A DNA stretch of 64,000 nt. Origin: Myxococcota bacterium. Its GTDB lineage: Bacteria > Myxococcota_A > UBA9160 > SZUA-336. The stretch spans positions 128,001-192,000 of the forward strand of contig CBDFGR010000001.1 in NCBI GenBank assembly GCA_965247115.1. The letters run 5' to 3'. The position numbers and the translations under genes were made by a program. A model generated the notes under the pieces. The model saw only the letters and a list, made by a program, of their open reading frames with translations. It did not search any database and was not told the origin of the DNA. Shown piece after piece: positions 41,325 to 50,776 of the stretch; the first letter of the stretch is position 1, and each line of letters begins with the position of its first letter.

Positions 41325-42520
41325 CCGCTCTCGGGCTTCGCCAGTCGCTGGCCACGACTCTGGTCGTCGTCCTGCTGGGCGGTCCCGCCGTGGCTGCGGA
41401 GCCGATCTCGGTGGGAGCCGAAGGAGCCGTTTCGGTCAACCCGGGAAGCACGCGTTCGATGCGGGACCGCGCGGTCGCGGAGGCGATCGTCTCCGCCGTG
41501 CTAGAGGCGAGTCGTCGCTACCTGCCGCCGCCTGTCTTCGAGGTCGAAGAGGAGCGAGACGCGCTACGGGAGATGCTGCGTCCGGCGGCCCCTGGGTTCG
41601 TGCTCACCTACCGGGTCGACGGAGCTCCGATCCGCCGACCGCAGGTAGAGGACCCCGATCGCGAGGAGCTGGTCGTGCGGCTCAGCGCCACCGTGGATGG
41701 TAGCCAGCTGCGTGACTTTCTCCGGGAGCAGGGTGTGCTCTTCGACTCCGGGCAGCAGCCATCGATCGCCCTGAGCGTTGCGCCAGCCATCGGGCTCACC
41801 GCCGCACAGGCGGCGGGTCCCCTGGCCGGCTTTGAGCAGTTCCTTCTGCGACGCCTGGAGTCCGATGGGTTTGTCGTCGTGGAGGCGGCCCTGCGGCCCG
41901 CTGGCCTCGAGCAGCCCGAGAACGCGCTGGCCCTGGCTCGTTCGCTCGGGGCGGATCTGGCGCTGGACGTGCAGGTCAGCTGGCGGCGACGCTTGGCGGA
42001 CTCGGGCGTTGTCGGCGGCGTTGCCGACGTCCGTGTACGCGCGCTCCGCGCGCACGATGGCGTCGAGATCGCGCGCTCGCGCTTCGAGGCGCCTGGCTAC
42101 CACCGGGATCCCCAGGAGGCGGTCGTGGGGGCCCTCCAGGCGCTGGGCGAACAGGTCGCGCAGAACCTCCAGCTCCAGCTCGAGCGAAACTGGCAGACGC
42201 TGGCGCGCGAGGATGGCCCCGTGCAGCTGCAGCTCGTCAATCTGACGAGCCTGCTGCAGGCCCACGCGGTCCGGGACGCCCTGGCGGGCACTCTCGATGC
42301 GGAGCGAGTGGTCCTCGTGGAGCTCGGGCCAGGACGCGCCGCCATGCAGGTCGAGATCTCGCTCTCTCCAGGAGCGCTGCAGGACAGGCTCGCGGGGGTC
42401 GCCTTCGATGGGTTTCGGCTCGAGCCCGTCGAGGCGGGCCGCGGCCGCGTCGAGCTCCGGGTCGAGCCGAGCATCGAGCGTCCGGACGAGGCCGGGGACG
42501 AAGACGTCGGCAGTCCCTAG
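41321..42520 (+). CDS. Exported hypothetical protein (signal peptide; possibly FlgT N-terminal-like)
   Basis: ATGA overlap with the dnaE stop and Sec-type signal MTALGLRQSLATTLVVVLLGGPAVAA. Family assignment is tentative. Confidence 0.65.
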   Translation: MTALGLRQSLATTLVVVLLGGPAVAAEPISVGAEGAVSVNPGSTRSMRDRAVAEAIVSAVLEASRRYLPPPVFEVEEERDALREMLRPAAPGFVLTYRVDGAPIRRPQVEDPDREELVVRLSATVDGSQLRDFLREQGVLFDSGQQPSIALSVAPAIGLTAAQAAGPLAGFEQFLLRRLESDGFVVVEAALRPAGLEQPENALALARSLGADLALDVQVSWRRRLADSGVVGGVADVRVRALRAHDGVEIARSRFEAPGYHRDPQEAVVGALQALGEQVAQNLQLQLERNWQTLAREDGPVQLQLVNLTSLLQAHAVRDALAGTLDAERVVLVELGPGRAAMQVEISLSPGALQDRLAGVAFDGFRLEPVEAGRGRVELRVEPSIERPDEAGDEDVGSP

Positions 42521-42538
42521 GATGGTCTTGTGGGACTG

Positions 42539-42639
42539 GGTCTTGTGGGACCCGGCCGCGGGCGTCCGCGGCCACCAACCTCCGCTCAGGGCTTCGCCCT
42601 TCGCTGCGCGCGCCGCGTCCGCGGCGCTTGCATGGTGCC
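42539..42639 (+). repeat. Structured intergenic repeat, copy D (13-nt end duplicated at 42524-42536)
   Basis: ggtcttgtgggacccggccgcgggcgtccgcggccaccaacctccgctcagggcttcgcccttcgctgcgcgcgcc...gcttgcatggtgcc. Confidence 0.9.
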
Positions 42640-42766
42640 AAGTCCCGTGGGAGGTAGCCGGTTCTCCACGGAATCTGCGGTCCTTAGATGGGGAGGCGTA
42701 GCTGGCCGGCTCTGGTCGGGGCTGGGGGGCGATCGGGGCGGTTGGGGGGGTCTCGCGTCGAGGAAA

Positions 42767-42795
42767 TTGACACCCCGGGACTGAATTGATATGGA
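42767..42795 (+). promoter_or_regulatory. Possible sigma70 promoter of the thrS operon
   Basis: TTGACA-N17-TATGGA with a TG extension; the -10 is imperfect. Confidence 0.4.
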
Positions 42796-42853
42796 TTCCG
42801 CAGCCTTACAGGCATCGGAGTCATCCCAAGGAGGGGGGTCCGGAGGCCGCTAG

Positions 42854-42910
42854 GTGACTTTCCCGCTGTGCTTCCGAGCCCGGATGAGTTCTCTTGCCAT
42901 GACTCGATGA
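42854..42910 (+). CDS. Candidate 18-codon leader peptide upstream of thrS
   Basis: GGAGG-N7-GTG start, peptide MTFPLCFRARMSSLAMTR, TGA overlapping the thrS ATG. Confidence 0.35.
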   Translation: MTFPLCFRARMSSLAMTR

Positions 42911-44841
42911 CCGACGGACAGATTGAGCTCGAGCTCCCCGACGGGACTCGCATGAGGGTGTCGGAGGGAACCACCTCGCTCGCGGTCGCGAGGGAGATCG
43001 GCCCAGGCCTGGCGAAGGCTGCTCTCGCCGCCCGGCTGAACGAGCAGCTCATCGACCTGCGCGCTCCCATCCGCAGTGGGGGCTCGTTCTCCGTCATCAC
43101 CGCTCGCGATGCGGAGGGCGGCGAAGTGATCCGCCACTCAGCAGAGCACGTCATGGCAGATGCGGTGAAACGACTCTGGCCCGAAACCCAGATCGACGTG
43201 GGTCGGAGCGACCACAGCGAGAAGTTCCAGTATGACTTCGACATACCGGTACGGCTGACGAGCGACGACCTGCAGAAGATCGAGGCGGAGATGGGTCGCA
43301 TCATCGCCGAAGGTGTGGACTTCAGCCTGGAGATCGTGACCCGCGAGGCTGCGCTCGAACGCTTCACCGACAGAGGGGAGCGGCTCAAGCTCTCCCGGCT
43401 CGGCGACATCCCCGAGGGTGAGGAGATCACGCTGTTTCGACACGGGCAGTTCATCGATCTCTGTCGGGGGCCGCACGTGCAGAACACCAAGCAGATAGGG
43501 GCCTGGAAGCTGACCGAGCTGGCCGGCTCCTATTGGCGTGGCGACGAGCGCAACCCGATGCTGCAGAGGATCTACGGAGTCGCTTTCAAGGACAGCAAGG
43601 AGCTCGACGCTTATCTGAAGCGGCTCGAAGAGGCGAGGGAGCGGGATCATCGGCGCGTGGGAGCGGAGCTCAACCTGTTTCAGTTCCACGAGTGGGCGCC
43701 GGGCGCGCCGTTCTACCTGCCAAAGGGACTCACCCTCTACCACGGGTTGATCGACTATATCCGCGGCCTGTACCCGAAGTACGGCTACCAGGAGGTGATG
43801 TGTCCGCAGGTCTTTGCAGCGGATCTCTACAAGACCTCCGGGCACTGGGACAACTTCCGCGACGAGATGTTCGTCTTCGAGGGCAATGACGAGCGCGATC
43901 CCGTTGCGATCAAGCCGATGAATTGCCCCGGGCACTGCCTGATCTTTCGCTCACGCAAGCGCTCCTACCGCGAGTTGCCGCTGCGTCTTGCGGAGTTCAC
44001 CCGCCTGCACCGCAACGAGCGGTCCGGCACACTGCACGGCCTCTCCCGGGTGAGCTCGATGAGTCAGGACGACGGGCACGTCTTCATGGAGCCGGCCGAT
44101 CTGCCGAGCGAGGTGGACCGTACCCTGGAGATGATCGCGGAGGTATATCGCGACCTGGGACTGGACGGAGTGAAGTTCGCCGTTGCGACCCGGCCGCAGA
44201 CCTATATTGGCAAGGTCTCCGCCTGGGAGAGCGGCGAGCGATTGCTGATCGACGCCGTCGAGCGCACGGGTACTCCTTGCAGCATCAATCCGGGCGAGGG
44301 GGCCTTCTACGGCCCGAAGATCGAGTGCACGTTCACCGACGTGATGGGCCGGGAGTGGCAGCTCGCGACCGTCCAGATCGACATGGCCATGCCCGAGCGC
44401 TTCGGCCTGCGCTACGTCGGCAACGACGGCCAGGAACACGAGCCCGCGATGGTACATCGCGCGATCCTCGGCTCGCTGGAGCGCTTCATCGGAATCTACC
44501 TGGAGCACACCGGGGGCGATCTTCCCATCTGGCTCGCGCCGATCCAGGTCAACGTCCTGCCCGTCGCGGACCGACATGCGGCGTACGCACGGGGTGTGGT
44601 CGAGAGGCTCGTGAACCTGAAAGTGCGCGCGGAGCTCGACGCGCGCAACGAGACCCTCAACTACCGCGTGCGCAGCTCTGAGAAGCAGAAGGTGCCGTAC
44701 GCGCTCGTCACTGGAGATCGAGAGCAGGCAGCTGGTACGGTGACCGTGAGGCGTCGCGGCGAGGACCGGCAGGAGACGCTTTCGACCGAAGAGTTCGAAC
44801 AGAAACTACTCGAGGAGATCAATACGCGTGGGATTTCGTAG
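42907..44841 (+). CDS. thrS: Threonine--tRNA ligase
   Basis: TGS domain, RHSAEH, DLCRGPH, RDHRR, KPMNCPGH, GAFYGPKI and HRAILGSLERF motifs. Confidence 0.98.
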   Translation: MTDGQIELELPDGTRMRVSEGTTSLAVAREIGPGLAKAALAARLNEQLIDLRAPIRSGGSFSVITARDAEGGEVIRHSAEHVMADAVKRLWPETQIDVGRSDHSEKFQYDFDIPVRLTSDDLQKIEAEMGRIIAEGVDFSLEIVTREAALERFTDRGERLKLSRLGDIPEGEEITLFRHGQFIDLCRGPHVQNTKQIGAWKLTELAGSYWRGDERNPMLQRIYGVAFKDSKELDAYLKRLEEARERDHRRVGAELNLFQFHEWAPGAPFYLPKGLTLYHGLIDYIRGLYPKYGYQEVMCPQVFAADLYKTSGHWDNFRDEMFVFEGNDERDPVAIKPMNCPGHCLIFRSRKRSYRELPLRLAEFTRLHRNERSGTLHGLSRVSSMSQDDGHVFMEPADLPSEVDRTLEMIAEVYRDLGLDGVKFAVATRPQTYIGKVSAWESGERLLIDAVERTGTPCSINPGEGAFYGPKIECTFTDVMGREWQLATVQIDMAMPERFGLRYVGNDGQEHEPAMVHRAILGSLERFIGIYLEHTGGDLPIWLAPIQVNVLPVADRHAAYARGVVERLVNLKVRAELDARNETLNYRVRSSEKQKVPYALVTGDREQAAGTVTVRRRGEDRQETLSTEEFEQKLLEEINTRGIS

Positions 44842-45577
44842 ACGTCGATGGCGTGACGTCAAACCCGATGAAGAGAAGGTCCGAGTTAACTTCAGAATCC
44901 GGGTCCCGGAGGTCCGGGTCGTGAATGAGGACGGTCAACAGCTTGGAGTCATGGCGACGGAAGCGGCAAGAGACATCGCCGCGCGGATCGGCCTGGACCT
45001 GGTCGAGATCTCGCCCAACGGCAAGCCGCCCGTCTGCAAGATCATGGATTACGGTCGCTACAAGTACGAGCTCAAGAAGAAGGCTTCGAGCGCGCGGAAG
45101 ACGCAGCATCAAAGCCATCTCAAAGAGGTCAAGCTGCGCCCGCAGATCGACGAGCACGACCTGGCGTTCAAGGTCAATAACGCGCGACGCTTCCTGATCG
45201 AGGGAGACAAGGTGAAGACCACGGTGATGTTCCGGGGTCGGGAGATCGTGCATTCACAGCTCGGTCGCAATCTGCTCGATCAGGTGGTGGAGCGTCTCGA
45301 GGGCGTGGCAAAAGCCGAGTCGTCCCCGCAGATGGAGGGTCGGACGCTGAGCATGATCCTCGCGCCCGACCGCGACGGGATCAAACGAATCAAGCGAGAG
45401 GAAGCTGCTGCGGCCAAGGCTGCGGCAGCTGTCGAAGATGTGGCGCAGGGCGCCGAAGACGCGGTGCCGGACGCCGAGGACGCGGTGCAGGAGGAGGGGG
45501 GAGCCGTCGAGGATGGGCCCTCAGCGACGGCCGAAGGCGAGCAACCAGCTTCTGCCGGCAAGGCCGGGTCAGCGTAG
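44828..45577 (+). CDS. infC: Translation initiation factor IF-3 with acidic C-terminal tail (start uncertain)
   Basis: RVNFRIRVPEVRVV, PPVCKIMDYG, KEVKLRP and FRGRE motifs. Confidence 0.95.
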   Translation: MGFRRRRWRDVKPDEEKVRVNFRIRVPEVRVVNEDGQQLGVMATEAARDIAARIGLDLVEISPNGKPPVCKIMDYGRYKYELKKKASSARKTQHQSHLKEVKLRPQIDEHDLAFKVNNARRFLIEGDKVKTTVMFRGREIVHSQLGRNLLDQVVERLEGVAKAESSPQMEGRTLSMILAPDRDGIKRIKREEAAAAKAAAAVEDVAQGAEDAVPDAEDAVQEEGGAVEDGPSATAEGEQPASAGKAGSA

Positions 45578-45589
45578 CGAGGAGCAGGA

Positions 45590-45787
45590 ATGCCGAAGAT
45601 CAAGACGCGGCGCGGTGCTGCGAAGAGGTTCAGGAAGACAGGGAGTGGCAAGATCCGACGCTCGAAGGCGTATCGACGCCACATCCTTACCAAGATGAGC
45701 AGCAAGCGAAAGCGCCAGCTGCGCAAGGCAACACTGGTCGACGCTGCGGACGCGCCGCGCGTCCGTCAGCAACTGCCGTATCTGTAG
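45590..45787 (+). CDS. rpmI: 50S ribosomal protein L35
   Basis: [14 protein letters not shown]...RHILTK. Confidence 0.97.
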   Translation: MPKIKTRRGAAKRFRKTGSGKIRRSKAYRRHILTKMSSKRKRQLRKATLVDAADAPRVRQQLPYL

Positions 45788-45804
45788 GGAAGGAGGCAGC
45801 TCTT

Positions 45805-46158
45805 ATGAGAGTGAAACGAGGGCGCGTACGCCACCAGCGTCACAAGCGTCTCCTCAAGCAAGCCTCGGGCTTCCGTGGCTCCCGCAGCAAGCTGATTCGC
45901 CCCGCGCGGCTCGCGGTCGAGCGGAGCCTCCGCTTCGCCTACCGGGATCGTCGCCAGCGGAAGCGCCAGTTTCGGCGGCTCTGGGTCACGCGCATCAACG
46001 CGGCGGCTCGTCTGCACGGGACGACCTACAGTCGACTGATCCGCGGCCTCAACCTGGCCGGCGTCGAGGTGGATCGGAAGCAGCTGGCGGATCTTGCCGT
46101 ATCCGATCCGAAGGTCTTCGGCGAGCTGGCAGAGCTCGCAAAGTCGAAGGCTGCCTGA
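45805..46158 (+). CDS. rplT: 50S ribosomal protein L20
   Basis: MRVKRG, AYRDRRQRKRQFRRLWVTRINAA and DRKQLA motifs. Confidence 0.97.
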   Translation: MRVKRGRVRHQRHKRLLKQASGFRGSRSKLIRPARLAVERSLRFAYRDRRQRKRQFRRLWVTRINAAARLHGTTYSRLIRGLNLAGVEVDRKQLADLAVSDPKVFGELAELAKSKAA

Positions 46159-46171
46159 AGGTCGGATCGGG

Positions 46172-47161
46172 ATGCGCGGGGGGGTCGAGAGCCTCGGGAG
46201 CCTGGAAGGCGAGGCGCGGGACGCCATCAGCGGCGCGGCGACGCTTCAGGCACTCCTCGAGGTGCGCGCGCGCTTTCTTGGCCGGAACGGCTCGGTCGCA
46301 GAGCTGCTTCGCGGGATCGGCAGCCTGGCTCCGGAGCAGCGCGCCGAGGTCGGCCAGGCCGTCAATGCGAGCAAGGAGAACATCGAACGCTGGGTCCGCG
46401 AGCAGCGCGCTGCGCTCGAACGCGAGCGTCAGGACCGCTCTCTCGAGGACTACCGCCTCGACGTGAGCCTGCCTGGAGCGTCGCAACGCCAGGGCCACCT
46501 GCATCCCATCACCCTGATCGAGCGCGACATGGCTGCGTTCTTTGCCAGCATGGGCTTCTCGATCGAGACCGGTCCGCAGGTGGAGACGGAATACAACAAC
46601 TTCGACGCGCTGAACTTCCCGCCGGACCACCCATCGCGAGACACACAGGACACCTTCTTGGTCGAGAGCGGACACGTTCTGCGCACGCATACCTCTCCGG
46701 TCCAGATCCGCGCCATGTCCGGCCGCACGCCCCCTTTTCGCTTCATCGCGCCCGGCCGCGTCTATCGCAGCGACAATGACGCGACGCACTACCCGATGTT
46801 CCACCAGATCGAGGGCTTCTGCGTCGACGAGACGGTGAACTTTGGCGACCTCAAGGGCGTGCTCTATGCCTTTGCCCGCTACCTGATGGGACCCGACGTG
46901 CAGTTGCGCTTTCGAGCCCATTTCTTTCCCTTCACCGAGCCCTCCGCCGAGATGGACTTCTCCTGGAAAGGGAGCTGGCTCGAGTGGGGGGGGTGCGGGA
47001 TGATTCACCCGAACGTGCTCGAGAACTGCGGGATTGACGCGACCCGCTATCAGGGCTTTGCGTTCGGGATGGGGATCGACCGGACGGCCATGCTGCGCTT
47101 CGACCTCCCCCACATCAGGTTGATGTTCGAGAGCGACGTGCGCGTCCTCGAGCAGATCTGA
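46172..47161 (+). CDS. pheS: Phenylalanine--tRNA ligase alpha subunit
   Basis: GHLHP, NFDALN, LRTHTSPVQ, FHQIEG, FPFTEPS and GFAFGMG motifs. Confidence 0.97.
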   Translation: MRGGVESLGSLEGEARDAISGAATLQALLEVRARFLGRNGSVAELLRGIGSLAPEQRAEVGQAVNASKENIERWVREQRAALERERQDRSLEDYRLDVSLPGASQRQGHLHPITLIERDMAAFFASMGFSIETGPQVETEYNNFDALNFPPDHPSRDTQDTFLVESGHVLRTHTSPVQIRAMSGRTPPFRFIAPGRVYRSDNDATHYPMFHQIEGFCVDETVNFGDLKGVLYAFARYLMGPDVQLRFRAHFFPFTEPSAEMDFSWKGSWLEWGGCGMIHPNVLENCGIDATRYQGFAFGMGIDRTAMLRFDLPHIRLMFESDVRVLEQI

Positions 47162-49566
47162 TGCGCATTCCGCTCGACTGGCTCTCGGAGTGGATCGACC
47201 TGCCAGACTCGCAGCGTCTGCTGGAAGAGCGGCTCACGCTCGCCGGTGTGGAGATCGAAGCTGTGGAGCACGTCGGCCCCGATCTCACCGGCGTTTTCAT
47301 CGGGCACGTCGACGCGAGCGAGCGACACCCGAATGCGGATCGACTCTCGCTCTGTCATGTGGATCTCGGAGAAGGCGAGAAGGCCCAGATCGTGTGCGGC
47401 GCCCCGAACGTGGCAGCTGGCCAGAGGGTCGCCGTTGCACGGGCCGGCGTCACGCTTCCCGATGGCACCCGGCTCAAGAAGTCGAAGATCCGTGGCATCG
47501 TCTCGGAGGGCATGATCTGCTCTGCTCGCGAGCTCGGTCTTGGGACCGACCACGAAGGCATTCTCGTGCTCGACCCGGCTGCCGTGGTCGGCGCGCCCGC
47601 CTCGACGGTGCTGGGCGGCGGACAGGCGGTACTCGACGTGGAGATCACGCCGAATCGCGGCGACTGGAGCTCCATGCTCGGGATCGCCCGCGAGACGCGC
47701 GCGCTCTTTGGCGGTAGCGTGCGGCTACCTGACTGCACGCCTGTGGAATCCTCGAGAAGTGCGAGCGACATCCGGGTCGAGATCGAGGATACGGGCGGCT
47801 GCTACCGCTACGTGGCCCGCGTCGTGCGCGGCGTCACGGTCGGACCCTCCCCGGAGTGGCTCGTGGAGAAGCTCGAGGCGGTGGGGGTTCGGGCAATCAA
47901 TGTGCTGGTAGACGTCACGAACCTGGTCTTGATGGAGTTCGGACAGCCCCTGCACGCCTTCGACCTCGGCACGCTGCGAGGCGGACTGATTCGCGTTCGA
48001 AGTGCCGTAAGTGGCGAGAAGCTCATCACTCTGGACGGTGTTACGAGAGAGCTGGACGCCGAGGACCTGGTCATTGCAGACGCCGACCGCGCCATCGCGC
48101 TGGCGGGAATCATGGGCGGTGCGGAGACCGAGGTAAGACAGGGGACGACAGACGTCCTGATCGAGAGCGCACACTTCCACCCCTCCCGTGTCCGCCGCAC
48201 CGCGCGCCGCTTCGGACTCAGCACAGAGGCCTCGTTTCGCTTCGAGCGCAGCGTGGACGGCGCGGCCATCGGGCGCGCCGCTGACCGCTGCGCACGTCTG
48301 ATCGCGGAGCTCGCGGGAGGTGACGTCGCCAGGGGAGCGGTGGAGGCGGTGGGCGAGTCCTTCTCACACTGCGATACGGTCGCACTCGATCCTCAACACC
48401 CGAACCGGCTGCTGGGGATCTCTCTCTCCTCCGAGGAGATCACCACGCTCCTGGCGCGCGTCGACATCCGTGCGGAGCTGGCAGCCGACGGCTTGCTGCA
48501 TTGCCGAATCCCGAGCTACCGAAACGACATCGGCATCGCGGAGGACCTGATCGAAGAGGTGGCGCGCATTCACGGCTACGACCAGATTCCGACCACCCTG
48601 CCACTGGGCGCACTCGAGCCGGTCGTCGAGCCGGCGGACGTAGTGATCGACAACGCGGCGCGCGACAGCCTCCGGGCTGCCGGACTCAACGAAACGCGCA
48701 GCTTCCCCCGCATGCGCGAGTCGGATGCGGATGCCCTCCGCCTGGCGCCGGACGACGCCCGGCGCCAGGCGCTGCGGATCTTGAATCCGATCCTCGACGA
48801 TGAGCCCTTCCTGCCCACGACGCTTCTGCCGACGCTGTTGCGCGCGACCCGGCACAACCTCGCCAGGCAGGTTGGGCGTGTTCGCCTCTTCGAGCTCGCG
48901 AACGTTTTCCAACGCGTCGACACCAACGGACTCCCCGACGAGCCTCGTCAGGTGGTCGTGGTGCTGACACAGGCCGAGCGGAGCAGCCTGTGGGATCCGC
49001 AGGAGCCTCCTCCGCTCTTCTTCGAGGTCAAGGGGATCGCCGAGCGCTTGCTCTGCGATCTCGGGCGCTCGGCCCGTTTCGAGCTTTCGAGCACGGAGCC
49101 CTACCTCCACCCGGGTGCCTCCGGCCAGTTCCTGGCGGGCAAGGTCACACTCGGGCACGTGGGGGAGCTTCATCCGGAGGTGGCGACCGCGTACGAGATC
49201 GGCGTCCCCTGTGCGGTCCTGCAGCTGGATCTGTCCGAGCTGTTGCGACAGGCGGTGCAACCGCGCCACTTCTCGGAGGTCTCGCCGTACCCGCTGGCCA
49301 GGCGTGACATCTCAGCCCTGCTGCCACGCGACCAGGCTGTGGGCGAGGTACTGGCGGCGATCCGGAAGACGGGGGGCAAACCCCTTGTGTCCGTTGTCGT
49401 ATTCGACCGATACCTTGGGGCGAACGTGCCCGAAGACAAAGTCAGTGTGGCGTTCCGACTGGTCTTTCAGCGGCCCGACCGGACGCTTACCGACGCAGAG
49501 GTCGCGAAGATGACCGATCGAGTGGTGCAGATGTTGACGCATCGCTTCGGAGCTCAGCAGCGCTAG
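47161..49566 (+). CDS. pheT: Phenylalanine--tRNA ligase beta subunit
   Basis: HPNADRL, VCGAPN, TPNRGD, DLIEEVARIHGY and FDX-ACB domain. Confidence 0.97.
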   Translation: MRIPLDWLSEWIDLPDSQRLLEERLTLAGVEIEAVEHVGPDLTGVFIGHVDASERHPNADRLSLCHVDLGEGEKAQIVCGAPNVAAGQRVAVARAGVTLPDGTRLKKSKIRGIVSEGMICSARELGLGTDHEGILVLDPAAVVGAPASTVLGGGQAVLDVEITPNRGDWSSMLGIARETRALFGGSVRLPDCTPVESSRSASDIRVEIEDTGGCYRYVARVVRGVTVGPSPEWLVEKLEAVGVRAINVLVDVTNLVLMEFGQPLHAFDLGTLRGGLIRVRSAVSGEKLITLDGVTRELDAEDLVIADADRAIALAGIMGGAETEVRQGTTDVLIESAHFHPSRVRRTARRFGLSTEASFRFERSVDGAAIGRAADRCARLIAELAGGDVARGAVEAVGESFSHCDTVALDPQHPNRLLGISLSSEEITTLLARVDIRAELAADGLLHCRIPSYRNDIGIAEDLIEEVARIHGYDQIPTTLPLGALEPVVEPADVVIDNAARDSLRAAGLNETRSFPRMRESDADALRLAPDDARRQALRILNPILDDEPFLPTTLLPTLLRATRHNLARQVGRVRLFELANVFQRVDTNGLPDEPRQVVVVLTQAERSSLWDPQEPPPLFFEVKGIAERLLCDLGRSARFELSSTEPYLHPGASGQFLAGKVTLGHVGELHPEVATAYEIGVPCAVLQLDLSELLRQAVQPRHFSEVSPYPLARRDISALLPRDQAVGEVLAAIRKTGGKPLVSVVVFDRYLGANVPEDKVSVAFRLVFQRPDRTLTDAEVAKMTDRVVQMLTHRFGAQQR

Positions 49567-49592
49567 CCGTTTTTGCGTGAGGAGGACGATCC

Positions 49593-49907
49593 ATGACCAA
49601 AGCCGAGATTGTGGAGACGATCTACGAGCGAGTCGGGTTCTCGAAGAAAGAATCAGCCGAGCTTGTAGAGACCGTCTTCGACGTCATCAAAGATGCCTTG
49701 GTCGAGGGCGAGAAGGTGAAGTTCTCGGGGTTCGGGAACTTCATCGTGCGTGAAAAGAACGCGCGGAAGGGTCGAAACCCCCAGACCGGGGCCGAGATCC
49801 AGCTCGAGGCCCGTCGGGTGCTCACCTTCAAGCCCAGCCTCGTCTTGAAGAACGCGCTCAACGATACGCCGGTACAGTCCAGCGAGCTGAGGGCGCCGAA
49901 GTCCTGA
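49593..49907 (+). CDS. ihfA: Integration host factor alpha
   Basis: MTKAEIV, SGFGNF and GRNPQTG motifs; follows pheT. Confidence 0.95.
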   Translation: MTKAEIVETIYERVGFSKKESAELVETVFDVIKDALVEGEKVKFSGFGNFIVREKNARKGRNPQTGAEIQLEARRVLTFKPSLVLKNALNDTPVQSSELRAPKS

Positions 49908-49988
49908 TCACGCTCCGCGTGCCTTTGTCGCCGTTTCGAGCTATCAGTCTCGTTCGGGCGTCATGAAGGCCAGACTCAGGGAGGGGTC

Positions 49989-50360
49989 ATGCAGGCAGTC
50001 CAGCGGGCACTGGATGGGATTCCGGAGAAGACCTACTACCGGATCGGTGAGGTGGCCAAATACACAGGCATCAAGCCCTATGTGCTGCGCTTCTGGGAGA
50101 CCGAGTTCAAGATGATGATGCCGCCGAAATCTCGCTCGCGGCAGCGAATGTACCGGCGCAGGGATATCGAGACCATCCTCACCGTCAAGGAGCTCCTCTA
50201 CAAGGAGCGCTTCACCATCGAGGGTGCGCGCAAGCGTCTCGTCGAGATCATCCGTGGGCGCCGCGGGGATGCCGCCGGGCAGGGATCCGGCATGAGCAGC
50301 GAGCTGAGCCGAATCAAGAGCGAGCTCAGCGAGCTCCGAGAGCTGCTCTCCTCCGCCTGA
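49989..50360 (+). CDS. MerR-family transcriptional regulator
   Basis: IPEKTYYRIGEVA..VLRFWETEF..FTIEGARK; the type conserved after ihfA. Confidence 0.92.
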   Translation: MQAVQRALDGIPEKTYYRIGEVAKYTGIKPYVLRFWETEFKMMMPPKSRSRQRMYRRRDIETILTVKELLYKERFTIEGARKRLVEIIRGRRGDAAGQGSGMSSELSRIKSELSELRELLSSA

Positions 50361-50363
50361 AGC

Positions 50364-50738
50364 TCAGCTAGACAGCAGGCGTTGCCGCCGGCGGGCGAGT
50401 GCAGCCGTGATCGAGTTCGTGACGACCGGCTCGGAGTGCGAGGAGCGGCTGCGCGCCGCGGACTTCTTGCGAGCTCTGCCACTCTTGCGCGGTGGGCTGC
50501 TCCTTCGCGGCGTTCCTGTGCGCGCGGATGCCTTCTTCCGTGCGCCTGTCTTCTTCCGGACCGCCTTCTTCCGTGCGGCCGTCTTCTTCCGGGCCTTCTT
50601 CCGTGCGCCTGTCTTCTTCCGGACCGCCTTCTTCCGTGCGGCCGTCTTCTTCCGGGCCTTCTTCCGTGCGCCTGTCTTCTTCCGGGCCTTCTTCCGTGCG
50701 CTCGTCTTCTTCCGGACCGACTTCTTTCTCGCCGCCAT
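50364..50738 (-). CDS. Histone H1/Hc2-like basic repeat protein
   Basis: MAARKK then repeated RKKTxARKKA(V) units; ATG at 50738 with G-rich SD and TATACT upstream. Confidence 0.7.
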   Translation of the reverse strand: MAARKKSVRKKTSARKKARKKTGARKKARKKTAARKKAVRKKTGARKKARKKTAARKKAVRKKTGARKKASARTGTPRRSSPPRKSGRARKKSAARSRSSHSEPVVTNSITAALARRRQRLLSS

Positions 50739-50776
50739 TCCCCCCGCTCCGCTCACGGTTTCGGGACGCAGTATAC

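Noticed and set aside
42688..42760. tRNA-like start (GGGGAGGCGTAGCT) before thrS; tRNA-Pro expected after merR
   Set aside because: No T-arm GTTCRA motif or cloverleaf at either site.
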